This document shows, piece by piece, positions 30,510 through 40,374 of a stretch of DNA of 64,000 nucleotides. Within the stretch, counting starts at the first letter, position 1, and every line of letters starts with the position of its first letter. Under the pieces are notes generated by a model. It was not told where the DNA came from. It made no database searches and was given only the letters and a program-made list of their open reading frames with translations. The stretch comes from an uncultured Chitinophagaceae bacterium (lineage in GTDB: Bacteria > Bacteroidota > Bacteroidia > Chitinophagales > LD1), in assembly GCA_964398475.1 (NCBI GenBank), contig CAYNMP010000001.1, forward strand, positions 211,912-275,911, given 5' to 3'. The translations under genes and the position numbers were made by a program.

Positions 30510-33500
30510 ATGAAAAATAATACGCCCAACTCAAAAGCCAATGCATTATTAAACTTGAAAATGCTCTTGTTTCTTGTGTGTTTTGGATTATACCTAACAC
30601 CTTCTTTTGCACAATTTGGCGCATCCCCATGGATTGCTCCTAATGGTACATATACAGTACCTGCCGGAGTAACAAGTATTACTGTTACTTGTTATGGTGG
30701 TGGTGGAGCTGGTGGTGGAGCACGATCTACCGACAGAAATGGAGGTGGTGGAGGCGGTGGGGCATGTGTAACCGTATCTAGTTTTCCTGTTTCACCGGGT
30801 AACCAGATAACGGTGTCTGTTGGTGCCGGTGGTACCGGTGTGTCTCAGGCATCAGGTAATCCGGGTCTCGCCAGTTCTGTTAGTATAGGAAGCACTGTAT
30901 TTGCGCGTGCTGCAGGAGGAGCAGGAGGAGCTATGGGCGCTAATTCAAGTTCAGCAGGAGCAGGAGGAGCTGGAGGTTTAAAGGCCAATAATATTCCTGT
31001 AAATGTAGGAAACAATGGTGGTAATGGAGCAGGAAGTAATCCTACAACAACATCTACCGATCAAAGTGGCGGAGGCGGAGGTGGTGCAGGCACAGCGGCT
31101 AATGGTGGAAATGGCGTAACTGGCGGTGCCGGTGGCGGTGGCGGTGCAACCGGTGGCGGAGCAGGAGGTACTGGAAGAAGCACAACTTCTAATAGTGGTT
31201 CATTGGGTGGTAGTGGAACGGGTTATGGTGGTGGTGGCGGTGGATCAACTGTTTTTAATACAGGAACAAGACCTGGAGGAAATGGAGCTGCTGGAGCTGT
31301 AATTATTACATATGGTCCTTGTACGCCTAGTACAGCACCTACAAGTATTACTGGGCCGTCAACGGTTTGCCCAGGAGTGTCAACTACTTTAACTTCTGCA
31401 GGCGGAACGTTAGGTACTGGCGATGTAGATGTGTGGTACGAAGGAGGCTGTGGCGTTGAGGCTTATTCGCAAGATTGGCAATCTCAGCCACATGGCGGTT
31501 TGCAACAAACAACTGTAAATTCTGTAAACGGAGTTTTGAACGTTACTTCTGCAGCATCAGGTAATGACCCCTTTATAACCATGTATAACCCTTCTTATTT
31601 GGGTTCGTTTGACCCAAACACATACAAATACATAAATGTACGCTATAAGGTTAATGCTGGAACTGCAGGCAATTGTGAAATATTTTTCACAAATTCTACG
31701 TTCACTGCTGCAACCGGGATCCAAGATTATGCTGCGGGTGCTTTAATCAGCGATGGGCAGTGGCATATATTAAGTATTGACATGGCCGCGGCTAATGCTG
31801 CAGCAAATGGGATTCCATTGGCTAATAATTATTGGAATGGAACAAATGCATCGGGCAATATCACCGGATGGCGATTTGATTGGGCTACCGGCAATAATGT
31901 AAATATGGATATTGATTTTGTTACACTTACCGATAGGCCTGTACTTGAATCGGGTCCATCCTATACATTTATTTCCCCCGCTGTGAGTAAAACATATTAT
32001 ACAGCAAGGCGTGGTGCATGTGCTGTAACAGCATGTGCAAGTCAATTGTTAACCATTTCTTGTCTTCCTCCGGATATTACAAGTATACCAAGTTCTGCTT
32101 GTCCGGGCTCAACAATAGCTATTTCCGGAACTGATTTGGGGTCAGCAGCAATTACTGTAAATGGACTGTCTGTAACTTCAATTTTATCCAACACGGGTAC
32201 GCAAATCCAGTTCATAGTTCCTCCTAGTGCAAGTGGTACAACAGGTAACATAGTTGTGTCTACACCAGGAGGTTCCGATTCGCTGGGTACAATTACTATA
32301 AATCCCTTACCTACAATAAGTACTAGCGCATTACCCGCATCAGCAGCTGTATGTTCAGGTGTTGGCGTTCAACTTTCAGCATCAGGCACCTCTGCTTCTT
32401 ATGCCTGGTCTCCTGCTACAGGCTTGTCGGCTACAAGTGGTGCTAATGTTACTGCAACACCTTCTTCAGGCACAACATATACCGTTACTGGAACATTAAA
32501 CGGATGTACAGCCTCTGCTTCTATTCCGGTGACTATTGGACCCGTTGTAGCGGTTTCTGTTGTCGCCAATCCAGCATTTGTATGTGCAGGGGCTTCAACA
32601 ACACTTTCAGCAGTTTATCAACCCTTACCTGCAAATGATTTAACAAACGGATTGGGAACATGGACTACTCAAAATCTTTCGAGCGGTGGTTGTCCGGGAC
32701 CCGCACCTGCTGCATGGACTGTGCGACCAAGTAACTACAATTATGTTTATACTGTGCCAATTATTGGAGCTACCGAGACCCATATCATGAATTTTGGTGC
32801 CGGTGCCGGAGATTATATTCTTTCCAATGCCCAAGCACAATATGAGGGCCTTTGTTTCTCTACACCAACTACCGATACACGTTTTACTTCACCTGCATTT
32901 AGTACGGTAAGTTTTACGGGTGTTACCCTTAATTTTAGTCACGTATTTAGATTTGGGGATAGTGTATATAGTGCTTCCAATAACGAAGCATTTGTTGAAG
33001 TATCTACTAACGGTGGTTCTAATTGGACTACATTACAAGGCTACGGACAAGGTTATCAAAATATAGGCACTGCTTCCACAACAGGCTTTTTAAGCACAAC
33101 AACAACGTATACAGGTGTTGCGGCTTCAATCAACTTAAATGCCTATGCGGGTTTACCTTCGGTTATGATTCGTTTTAGATACAGAACAGTTGGAGGGAAT
33201 GATGGGAAATGGGCTTTAGACAATATCAATGTTGTTGGTGCACCTGCACCGGTTTTAACCTATAATTGGACATCTTCTCCTGCCGGTTTTACGTCTACTG
33301 CTGCGAGTCCTACACCTACGGTAAATCAAACTACAATCTATTCTTTAGTAGCCTCAAGTGGAGGATGTAGTTCACCACCTACACCTGTAACGGTTACTGT
33401 TCTTGGTTCATCGGCTGCACCCGGTGCTATTTCCGGACCAACAGCAGTATGTGCCGGTTCGAGTTACGTATATAGTATTGCAGCTATTGGTGGTGCAAGT

Positions 33501-35714
33501 ACTTACACTTGGTCTGTACCGTCTGGCTGGAACATCACCGCTGGTGCAGGTACCACAAGTATTACTGTAACTACAAATAATAATAGTGGAAACGTAAGTG
33601 TTACACAAACCAATTGTACCGGTGTGAGTTTGCCAAGTGTTTTAGCCGTAACTTCCACCACATTGCCAAGTATTAGTTTTAGTCCGGCCTCACCAAGTAT
33701 TTGTTTGGGTGGCACCGGAACGGTTGTTACAGCTTCATCAACAGCAACCGCTTATACATGGACGCCAAGCAGCGGTTTGAGTTCCACTAATGTGGCAAAC
33801 CCCACCGCCAATCCAACAGCTACAACTACTTATTCTGTAGTTGGAACGTTGAATGGTTGTCCTTCACCTCCTGCTACAGTTACAGTATCTGTTAATCAGA
33901 ACCCATCAGCTGTTACGGCATCTGCAAGCCCAACCTCGGTATGTGCCGGCAGCAATGTTAATTTGTCGTCAACAGCCAGCACGGTAACCAAAACACTATT
34001 CCAAGAAAATTTTGAAACGGCAAATGCGGCACAAACTAAACTCAGTACAACAGCCTATATTGGATGGAAAGACGCCACAATTTCCGGAACAAATAATTTT
34101 TTCTGGGTTTTTGATGCCACACGCTGTGGAGTATTGGGAGGTTCATATTCATTAGCCGTTAGTCAAACAACTCCCGCAACTTCCGGTACTATGCCTGCTT
34201 GGGCAAATGCTGCCGCTAATCATGTGGCATACTATGCTACTCCAATTGATGCAACAGGCTATACTCAACTTAAATTGAATTTCAAATGGAGGGCTTCCGG
34301 TAACTCAGCAAGTAATGGAAAAGTGTGTTATTCCTTAAATGGAACAACATGGACCGATTTCCCTACAACCGGAACATACAGAGGACAAGCAACCACACAA
34401 ACTGTAACTAATTTGGATATTTCAGCCATGAATGGCCAAGCCTTTTATTTAGGCTTTCGTTCCACTACTGCTAACAATTTTTTATTGGGTAATGCTGCTC
34501 CTGCTTTCACAGTCGATGATATTTCAATTACAGGATTAACATCTTCAACGATAAGCTACGCTTGGAGTTCTTCTCCTGCAGGCTTTACGGCTTCAACCCA
34601 AAATGCAACCGCTAATCCAAATCAAAACACAACGTACACAGTTGTAGCTTCCGATAATACTGGATGTAGTGTTTCGAGTAGCGTGGCGGTAAATACCACA
34701 GCTCGTCCAACAGCAACATGGTCGGGTCCGTCAACACTATGCCCTAATGTTTCTGATTCTCTATTTATTCAATTTACAGGAACTGCACCTTATAATTTCA
34801 CATATACAGTTGGAGGATCTACATTTAATGTTACCGGATTCAACACGAGTACCTTTGGTTTACCGGTAACACTTTTATCAACTACTAGTTTTGAAGTAAC
34901 TGCCCTTAGTGATGCCAATTGTATAGCGCAATCAGCTGATTTAGGTGGCGTTAAAACAATAACAGTTCCTTCAAGCTGTTCGTTAACATGGGTTGGAGGA
35001 ACAAGTACCGATTGGGGAAATGCATCCAATTGGTCTCCTTCTATTGTTCCCAATGCTTGTGCCATTGATGTTACGATTCCGGCCGGAACTCCAAATGCAC
35101 CCACTATTTCCGGTTCAAATTATAGTGTAGGAAATGTATCTATTGCAAGCGGAGTGAATCTTACTTTGTCGGGCAATAACCTTTCAGTGTGTGGGAATTG
35201 GAATGCAGGCACTGGTGCCGATGCGGTTACTATAGGCACGGGAAATATTGTTTTCCAAGGGGGCACTGCCCATGCCATTTCAGGTAATACAACGTTCAAT
35301 AAAGTAACATTAAATGATGCTGCCGGGGCAAGTCTTGCTGCCGGTGCAACGGTTGATATAACTGATCGACTCAATTTACAAACGGGTACATTCACAACCA
35401 ATGCTGGGGTATTAACGTTCAAAAGCGCATCCGCTTCGCAGTGTGCAACCATAGATCATTTCACGGCAGGTTATAATGGTACTATTGTTGGTGCTATTTA
35501 TGCAGAACGATACGTACCCGTTGGTGGTAGCAATCAACATTACATCAGTTCTCCTATCGATAATCTATCATTGACACAATTTGGAGCTAGCGGAGCATCT
35601 GGATTTGTTATTCCTACAACCAACCCAACTGCGATGAAACGCAATTGCAAGCCGGAAGCCCATACGGCACAGTTTTCCAATTCCACGAAGATCAGGCAGG
35701 TGTTTGTGCTTTGA
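30510..35714 (+). CDS. N-terminal fragment: glycine-rich domain, jelly-roll/CBM-like domain, IPT/TIG, Ig/PKD-like and adhesin-like beta-sandwich domains
   Basis: YTVPAGVTSITVTCYGGGGAGG glycine-rich block; GQWHILSIDM...GWRFD; VEVSTNGGSNW...IRFRY...WALDNI; LTWVGGTSTDWGNASNW. The last ~28 residues are out of the ancestral frame. Confidence 0.8.
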   Translation: MKNNTPNSKANALLNLKMLLFLVCFGLYLTPSFAQFGASPWIAPNGTYTVPAGVTSITVTCYGGGGAGGGARSTDRNGGGGGGGACVTVSSFPVSPGNQITVSVGAGGTGVSQASGNPGLASSVSIGSTVFARAAGGAGGAMGANSSSAGAGGAGGLKANNIPVNVGNNGGNGAGSNPTTTSTDQSGGGGGGAGTAANGGNGVTGGAGGGGGATGGGAGGTGRSTTSNSGSLGGSGTGYGGGGGGSTVFNTGTRPGGNGAAGAVIITYGPCTPSTAPTSITGPSTVCPGVSTTLTSAGGTLGTGDVDVWYEGGCGVEAYSQDWQSQPHGGLQQTTVNSVNGVLNVTSAASGNDPFITMYNPSYLGSFDPNTYKYINVRYKVNAGTAGNCEIFFTNSTFTAATGIQDYAAGALISDGQWHILSIDMAAANAAANGIPLANNYWNGTNASGNITGWRFDWATGNNVNMDIDFVTLTDRPVLESGPSYTFISPAVSKTYYTARRGACAVTACASQLLTISCLPPDITSIPSSACPGSTIAISGTDLGSAAITVNGLSVTSILSNTGTQIQFIVPPSASGTTGNIVVSTPGGSDSLGTITINPLPTISTSALPASAAVCSGVGVQLSASGTSASYAWSPATGLSATSGANVTATPSSGTTYTVTGTLNGCTASASIPVTIGPVVAVSVVANPAFVCAGASTTLSAVYQPLPANDLTNGLGTWTTQNLSSGGCPGPAPAAWTVRPSNYNYVYTVPIIGATETHIMNFGAGAGDYILSNAQAQYEGLCFSTPTTDTRFTSPAFSTVSFTGVTLNFSHVFRFGDSVYSASNNEAFVEVSTNGGSNWTTLQGYGQGYQNIGTASTTGFLSTTTTYTGVAASINLNAYAGLPSVMIRFRYRTVGGNDGKWALDNINVVGAPAPVLTYNWTSSPAGFTSTAASPTPTVNQTTIYSLVASSGGCSSPPTPVTVTVLGSSAAPGAISGPTAVCAGSSYVYSIAAIGGASTYTWSVPSGWNITAGAGTTSITVTTNNNSGNVSVTQTNCTGVSLPSVLAVTSTTLPSISFSPASPSICLGGTGTVVTASSTATAYTWTPSSGLSSTNVANPTANPTATTTYSVVGTLNGCPSPPATVTVSVNQNPSAVTASASPTSVCAGSNVNLSSTASTVTKTLFQENFETANAAQTKLSTTAYIGWKDATISGTNNFFWVFDATRCGVLGGSYSLAVSQTTPATSGTMPAWANAAANHVAYYATPIDATGYTQLKLNFKWRASGNSASNGKVCYSLNGTTWTDFPTTGTYRGQATTQTVTNLDISAMNGQAFYLGFRSTTANNFLLGNAAPAFTVDDISITGLTSSTISYAWSSSPAGFTASTQNATANPNQNTTYTVVASDNTGCSVSSSVAVNTTARPTATWSGPSTLCPNVSDSLFIQFTGTAPYNFTYTVGGSTFNVTGFNTSTFGLPVTLLSTTSFEVTALSDANCIAQSADLGGVKTITVPSSCSLTWVGGTSTDWGNASNWSPSIVPNACAIDVTIPAGTPNAPTISGSNYSVGNVSIASGVNLTLSGNNLSVCGNWNAGTGADAVTIGTGNIVFQGGTAHAISGNTTFNKVTLNDAAGASLAAGATVDITDRLNLQTGTFTTNAGVLTFKSASASQCATIDHFTAGYNGTIVGAIYAERYVPVGGSNQHYISSPIDNLSLTQFGASGASGFVIPTTNPTAMKRNCKPEAHTAQFSNSTKIRQVFVL
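35620..35629 (+). repeat. CCAAC tandem duplication at the frameshift site
   Basis: 35620-35624 and 35625-35629 both read CCAAC. Removing one copy fuses the two ORFs in frame (IPTTNCDETQLQAGSPYG). Confidence 0.75.
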
Positions 35715-37339
35715 AAGGATGGGAAGTGAAAGCAGGAGGAACTGCCGACAATGCCAGAGGTTATTCGGCTTACTTGACTGGATTAACGCAGTTAACTGTA
35801 AATGGAAGTGCGCAATTAGCCAATAGCGTAGCAGTTTCCGGCTTATCAAATACCGGATGGTCAAATCATACCACACTCCAAGGCCGATTGCAAAGCAGTG
35901 GATGGAATTTAATTGGGAATCCTTACTTAGCCAATTTAGATTTGAGCACACATGCTGGGTTCGATAATCAAGTGCAAGTATGGGTAACATCGGGTCCATA
36001 TGCAGGTACTTACCAAGCGAGTTTAATGGGTTCAAGTGCAACCATTGCCCCTTTCCAAGGATTTATGGTGCATAAAACAGCTGTTGGAAGTACTTCGTTT
36101 ACGATTGCAAAATCGGAGTGTTCTAATAATCCACAACAATTTTTCAAAGCGAATGATAGTGAATTGGAAGTGGTATTATCGGGCAATGGCTTTAACGACA
36201 AAACAACTGTTTTGTTCAATACCGATGCAACACCTGCTTTTGATCCGGCATTTGATGCCAATAAGATTCATAGCAAATTAGGGCAGCCAACACTTTATAC
36301 ACTTGAGTCTTCTAATGCACATTTAGCGATCAATACTTACCCTTCTGTTGCGCAAACAGTAGCTGTGCCATTGAGTTTGGAGCCCGGTAAAAATGGGCAA
36401 TACAGTCTTTCTTTCGACAAGATAAACACCTTCGATCCAACACAATTTATTTTCTTGGAAGATAAAAAAACTGGTGGAGCTTGGGTGAATGTTCGCAGTC
36501 AACCGAATTATACTTTCCAAGCCTTAACAACTGATAATTGGGATCGATTTGTGTTGCATTTTACACCTGCATTAAGTGTAGTAACGGAAGATGCTGTTTG
36601 TGATCAAAACGGAACAATAGCGTTGAGTCAATTGGGAACTGCTGATTGGACCTTTGTTGTAGATGATGCAAAAGGAAGCACTGTGTCAAGTGGTAATGTG
36701 AATGCCAACAAGGCTGCTTCAATGGCTCTGCCTGCCGGAGTGTATACGCTTACTTTGACCGATAAATCGGGATATACAACAACAAAAACAGTACAAGTAA
36801 ATGGAACAACTGTTCCGGTAAATGCCGATTTTACTGTGCCTTCGTTAATAGATGCAGGTGTCGCAGTGCAATTGACTGATGCAAGCAATAATACTACTGC
36901 TTCTGTATCTTACACTTGGAATTTTGGCGATGGTACATCCATTGTGGGTGTTACAAATCCGGTACATACATTCGTTAATGCCGGCACTTATGCAGTGGTG
37001 CTTACAATTACTACACCTGAAGGTTGTAAAGCAACAATCAGTAAAACGATTACGGTACGTTCGAAAACTGCAACAGGTATTGATGCTACTGTAGAAAGTT
37101 CTGATTTGAATATTTATGCTGTGAAAGATAAAGTCTTTGTCAATTTTGAAAAGACTAAAGACAATGTGGCCAATATTAAAATCTACAGCATAATTGGGCA
37201 GGAACTATCGAATGAGATGTATTTAGGTAATGGTATTTATACCAAAAATTTGAATTTAGAGGCTGCCTTTGTAGTCGTAATAGTAAAGCAGAAAAACGCA
37301 AAACCGGTAACAAAGAAAGTCTTTATTACTAATCAATAA
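35645..37339 (+). CDS. C-terminal fragment: PKD domain and T9SS type A-like C-terminal domain
   Basis: GWNLIGNPY, APFQGFMV, FDPAFDANK, YTWNFGDG...HTF...GTY (PKD), IKIYSIIGQ...TKKVFI end. Its TTG start is probably not a real start. Confidence 0.75.
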   Translation: MQAGSPYGTVFQFHEDQAGVCALKGWEVKAGGTADNARGYSAYLTGLTQLTVNGSAQLANSVAVSGLSNTGWSNHTTLQGRLQSSGWNLIGNPYLANLDLSTHAGFDNQVQVWVTSGPYAGTYQASLMGSSATIAPFQGFMVHKTAVGSTSFTIAKSECSNNPQQFFKANDSELEVVLSGNGFNDKTTVLFNTDATPAFDPAFDANKIHSKLGQPTLYTLESSNAHLAINTYPSVAQTVAVPLSLEPGKNGQYSLSFDKINTFDPTQFIFLEDKKTGGAWVNVRSQPNYTFQALTTDNWDRFVLHFTPALSVVTEDAVCDQNGTIALSQLGTADWTFVVDDAKGSTVSSGNVNANKAASMALPAGVYTLTLTDKSGYTTTKTVQVNGTTVPVNADFTVPSLIDAGVAVQLTDASNNTTASVSYTWNFGDGTSIVGVTNPVHTFVNAGTYAVVLTITTPEGCKATISKTITVRSKTATGIDATVESSDLNIYAVKDKVFVNFEKTKDNVANIKIYSIIGQELSNEMYLGNGIYTKNLNLEAAFVVVIVKQKNAKPVTKKVFITNQ

Positions 37340-37360
37340 ACCTTCGTTAGATGAAAATCT

Positions 37361-37393
37361 AAATGGTCGATGAGTTTTCATCGGCCATTTTTT
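37361..37393. terminator. Intrinsic terminator (bidirectional)
   Basis: AAATGGTCGATGA-GTTT-TCATCGGCCATTT followed by TTT, between convergent genes. Confidence 0.85.
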
Positions 37394-37409
37394 ATTGCAG
37401 TAAACGCAC

Positions 37410-37637
37410 TTACTTACGCAGTTTTGTAATCAGAAACACAACAACAAACAGACTAGCGAAAGCTAGAATCGATAATGGATTCGCAAAATTGATGGTCCAT
37501 CCAAACCCGGAAAATTTTCTGGGTGGGAAAATTCTTTTGTCGTTTTTATTGAAATAAAACAAGCCAAATTTCCAATTAGCCGGATCGTTAAAACCGTTGT
37601 CTTGATTGTCGGTATTCGAGTTGTTAGTATTGCTCAT
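37410..37637 (-). CDS. Small DUF5808-like membrane protein
   Basis: WKFGLFYFNKNDKRIFPPRK...GWTINFAN motif followed by one TM helix. Confidence 0.75.
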   Translation of the reverse strand: MSNTNNSNTDNQDNGFNDPANWKFGLFYFNKNDKRIFPPRKFSGFGWTINFANPLSILAFASLFVVVFLITKLRK

Positions 37638-37668
37638 ATGCATGAGATTTGAAAACAAATGTAATGGC

Positions 37669-39231
37669 TTAATATTTATCTTTCGATAACTTGTTTTGAT
37701 TTAGAGGTGTACTCCAGCTATTTTTCGTTGAATACTCGAGGGAGTGTTCTTTGATTGTTTTGCAGTAAAACCAAGTCGCTTTTGCTCTCTGTTCATTCAA
37801 GTCCAAAAGTATGAAGCCATGACTAGTGAAGTCGTTGAATCGTAAATGCGGATTGGTTCTCTTCCCACGAAGAAATGAAGCAATCATTTTAGCAAAGCCT
37901 TTGGAGACTCTTGCATCTAAATTATGTGACGACATACTTGGGGTAACAAATTCTGCACCAATAACACCTTTGCCTGTTTTAGGGTCGTAGATGTTTTTGT
38001 TTTGTGGATTTTGGACTAAGTCAAAGGCCCACGAGGTATGGATGTCGCCCGTAATAACCACAATATTTTTGATGCCGTGCTTGTAAAAAGAGTCCATCAT
38101 TTCTTTTCGTTCCACCGGATAGCCGTCCCACGAATCCATCAATCGAGCATGTTTTTTGGATAGCTTGTGGGCATCTAATTCTGAAAACAATACTTGATTA
38201 CTGACGATTTTCCACTTTGCATTAGATTGTTCAATGCCTTGTGTTAGCCATGCGGCTTGATTTTCACCTAACATTACACGGTCTTTGTTATATAGATTAG
38301 GATCAGTAGGGCTTTCCAATTGTTTACTTCGAGCTTCAGCCCGCTCATCTAGCATAAAAATTTCTGCCAGTCCACCGTAATTGAGTTTGCGAATAATGGA
38401 TTCTTCCGGATTATCGGCAATAGGTAACCATTCGAAGTATACTTTTCGGGCCTGCGCCTTTCGTGCTTCCCATGCACCTTCTTTGTCTTCTTGGTGATTT
38501 CCAGCGCCATCTTTATAAGCATTGTTGGCAAATTCATGGTCGTCCCATTCTGTTATAAAAGGATGTAAGCGGTGTGCTTCCATTAAATCTTTATCTAAAC
38601 GATATTGCGCATAGCGCGAACGATAATCGACCAAACTCAAAATTTCAGTTTCGGGAATATGATTGCGCACTTGCGGTTTCTTTTTACTATTGGACACACC
38701 ATACTCATATATATAGTCGCCTAAGTGAATCACAGCGTCTATATTGTATTGCTGGGCTAGAATCCCATAAGCATTGAAATAGCCGTGCTGATAGTTATTG
38801 CAACTTACAACGCCAAATTTCAAATTTGATACTTCTTTATCGGGTGCAGTTTTTGTTCTGCCTATTGCCGAAACGCCCAGATTTGTTGAGAAACGATAGA
38901 AATAATGTTGGTTGGGTTGAAGTCCGTCTACTTTCACTTTCACGGTGAAAGCTGAAGATGAATCGGTAGTTATAGTATTTGTTGCCACTATTTGCTGCAT
39001 GGTGGTGTCAGTGGCTACTTCCCATTTTACAGCAATTGGTGCTATAGATTCCGGATATACCTTGGTCCATAGCACTACTTTTGTTTGTTCCGGATCTCCG
39101 GATGCAACACCAAAATAGAAAGGCTTTAATGCAGGATCGAACAACGATTCAATTTGCGGGTGAAATTGCTTTTGTGCTTGAAGTTGGAACGCAAGTACCA
39201 GTAGTGTGAATGCCGAAATCGTTTTTTTCAT
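37669..39231 (-). CDS. phoD: Alkaline phosphatase D family protein
   Basis: FGVASGDP, VSCNNY, HLGDYIYE, WDDHEFAN, DSWDGY and TGDIH motifs; Sec-type signal peptide. Confidence 0.92.
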   Translation of the reverse strand: MKKTISAFTLLVLAFQLQAQKQFHPQIESLFDPALKPFYFGVASGDPEQTKVVLWTKVYPESIAPIAVKWEVATDTTMQQIVATNTITTDSSSAFTVKVKVDGLQPNQHYFYRFSTNLGVSAIGRTKTAPDKEVSNLKFGVVSCNNYQHGYFNAYGILAQQYNIDAVIHLGDYIYEYGVSNSKKKPQVRNHIPETEILSLVDYRSRYAQYRLDKDLMEAHRLHPFITEWDDHEFANNAYKDGAGNHQEDKEGAWEARKAQARKVYFEWLPIADNPEESIIRKLNYGGLAEIFMLDERAEARSKQLESPTDPNLYNKDRVMLGENQAAWLTQGIEQSNAKWKIVSNQVLFSELDAHKLSKKHARLMDSWDGYPVERKEMMDSFYKHGIKNIVVITGDIHTSWAFDLVQNPQNKNIYDPKTGKGVIGAEFVTPSMSSHNLDARVSKGFAKMIASFLRGKRTNPHLRFNDFTSHGFILLDLNEQRAKATWFYCKTIKEHSLEYSTKNSWSTPLNQNKLSKDKY

Positions 39232-39324
39232 TGGCTTTTAAATTGATAGCCGCAAGTATAGTTAAGATGATATTACGAATGTATTATTTTCAATTTTCGG
39301 ACAAACGGTTCTGTTCAACGGCAA

Positions 39325-40005
39325 TTACTTATTGCCCGGCTCAAGTGTAATGGCAGGAAACATACGGATGGCTCCGTCTTTGGTTATGGCTCTAATTTTA
39401 TATGCAGCACCCACTTTTGTAGGTAAGGGATAGCGATCTTCTGTTTCAACATACTCGAATTTGTTAGCGCCTTTAATCACTTGGATATGTCGAACATCAG
39501 AGAAGTTGCCCAATTCAGCTTGTGAACGGACAAGAATAACTTCTGCATATTGTTCAATATCATCCATCTTTAAATAGAGTTTCACTATAGGTCCTTTACG
39601 TTCTGCTTCTAGCGCATAGGAGTTATTGTAGTCTTTAAATTTATGTAGTCCGGGTTTTGTGTCGGATTTTACTGTTGTTGAAACTTTAGTTGCAGTATCA
39701 TTTTTTGATGTTAGGGTACTGTCGCTTTTACTTGTAGTTATTGGCTTTGCACGGTTGGGGGAGTCTACTTTTGCAGTTGATAGTTTTATGTCTTTATTTG
39801 GAGGTGTTGTACTTTTAGGCGTACTGCTTGAGGTAACTTTAGTTGTGTCTTTGGGCTGTGTTTTCGGCTCTTCAAACTTTATTCCTTTTGATTTTGCAAG
39901 AAATGCTTTAAAAAGGGAATCGCTTTCCGTGTCGGTTTTGCCGTTTTGCGCAAAAATTACAGTGCTGAATGCAAAAATCAGGGTTAAGAAAAAAGCTTTT
40001 TTCAT
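39325..40005 (-). CDS. Hypothetical exported protein with S/T/K-rich linker and C-terminal beta domain
   Basis: Signal peptide MKKAFFLTLIFAFSTVIFA-Q, ~80-aa low-complexity linker, ~100-aa globular C-terminus. Confidence 0.7.
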   Translation of the reverse strand: MKKAFFLTLIFAFSTVIFAQNGKTDTESDSLFKAFLAKSKGIKFEEPKTQPKDTTKVTSSSTPKSTTPPNKDIKLSTAKVDSPNRAKPITTSKSDSTLTSKNDTATKVSTTVKSDTKPGLHKFKDYNNSYALEAERKGPIVKLYLKMDDIEQYAEVILVRSQAELGNFSDVRHIQVIKGANKFEYVETEDRYPLPTKVGAAYKIRAITKDGAIRMFPAITLEPGNK

Positions 40006-40374
40006 TGTTGGAGCAATAATAGAAAGAAAGTGTAAAAAAAGTCATTTTGTTTTTTCAGGCTGAAAGCCACAAAACACAATATCATATTTATAAAGAATAA
40101 ATATAAAAATAAATAATGTGATGAAAATCAGTCATTTCAGCAGTTTTCAGACATTTTGCTATTGTTTATTTCAAAAGAATATGTCATCTTTGCAGTAGAT
40201 AAAAAACGAAGTAAACATCAGTATTTTTACAAACGTCAACAATATCAAGTGTTTCATGTTTTTTATCAAATATGTTCTGGTTCAAAAATTATCAAAAACA
40301 CATTTAATTAAATTTAAATTGATACTTTGGCACAGAATATGATATTAAATCATAAACAATAAAAAACAAACAAA

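Larger units (their letters stand above)
30510..37339 (+). pseudogene. Frameshifted giant T9SS-secreted surface protein (~2,274 aa if repaired)
   Basis: ORF 30510-35714 has a signal peptide but no CTD; ORF 35645-37339 has a CTD but no signal peptide. The two are joined by one frame change near 35620-35630. Could be a true mutation or an assembly error. Confidence 0.75.

Noticed and set aside
30690-31300. GGN-rich DNA as a simple-sequence repeat or contingency locus
   Set aside because: The runs are codon-degenerate (GGT/GGA/GGC mixed) and in multiples of three; they simply encode the glycine-rich domain.
35591-35714. Programmed -1 ribosomal frameshift in the giant gene
   Set aside because: No X-XXY-YYZ slippery heptamer or clear downstream stimulatory structure; a duplication or indel explains the break more simply.
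40190-40374. Small ORF (28 aa, MFFIKYV...) or sRNA upstream of the phasin-like gene
   Set aside because: Very AT-rich, with no structure or coding features beyond chance.
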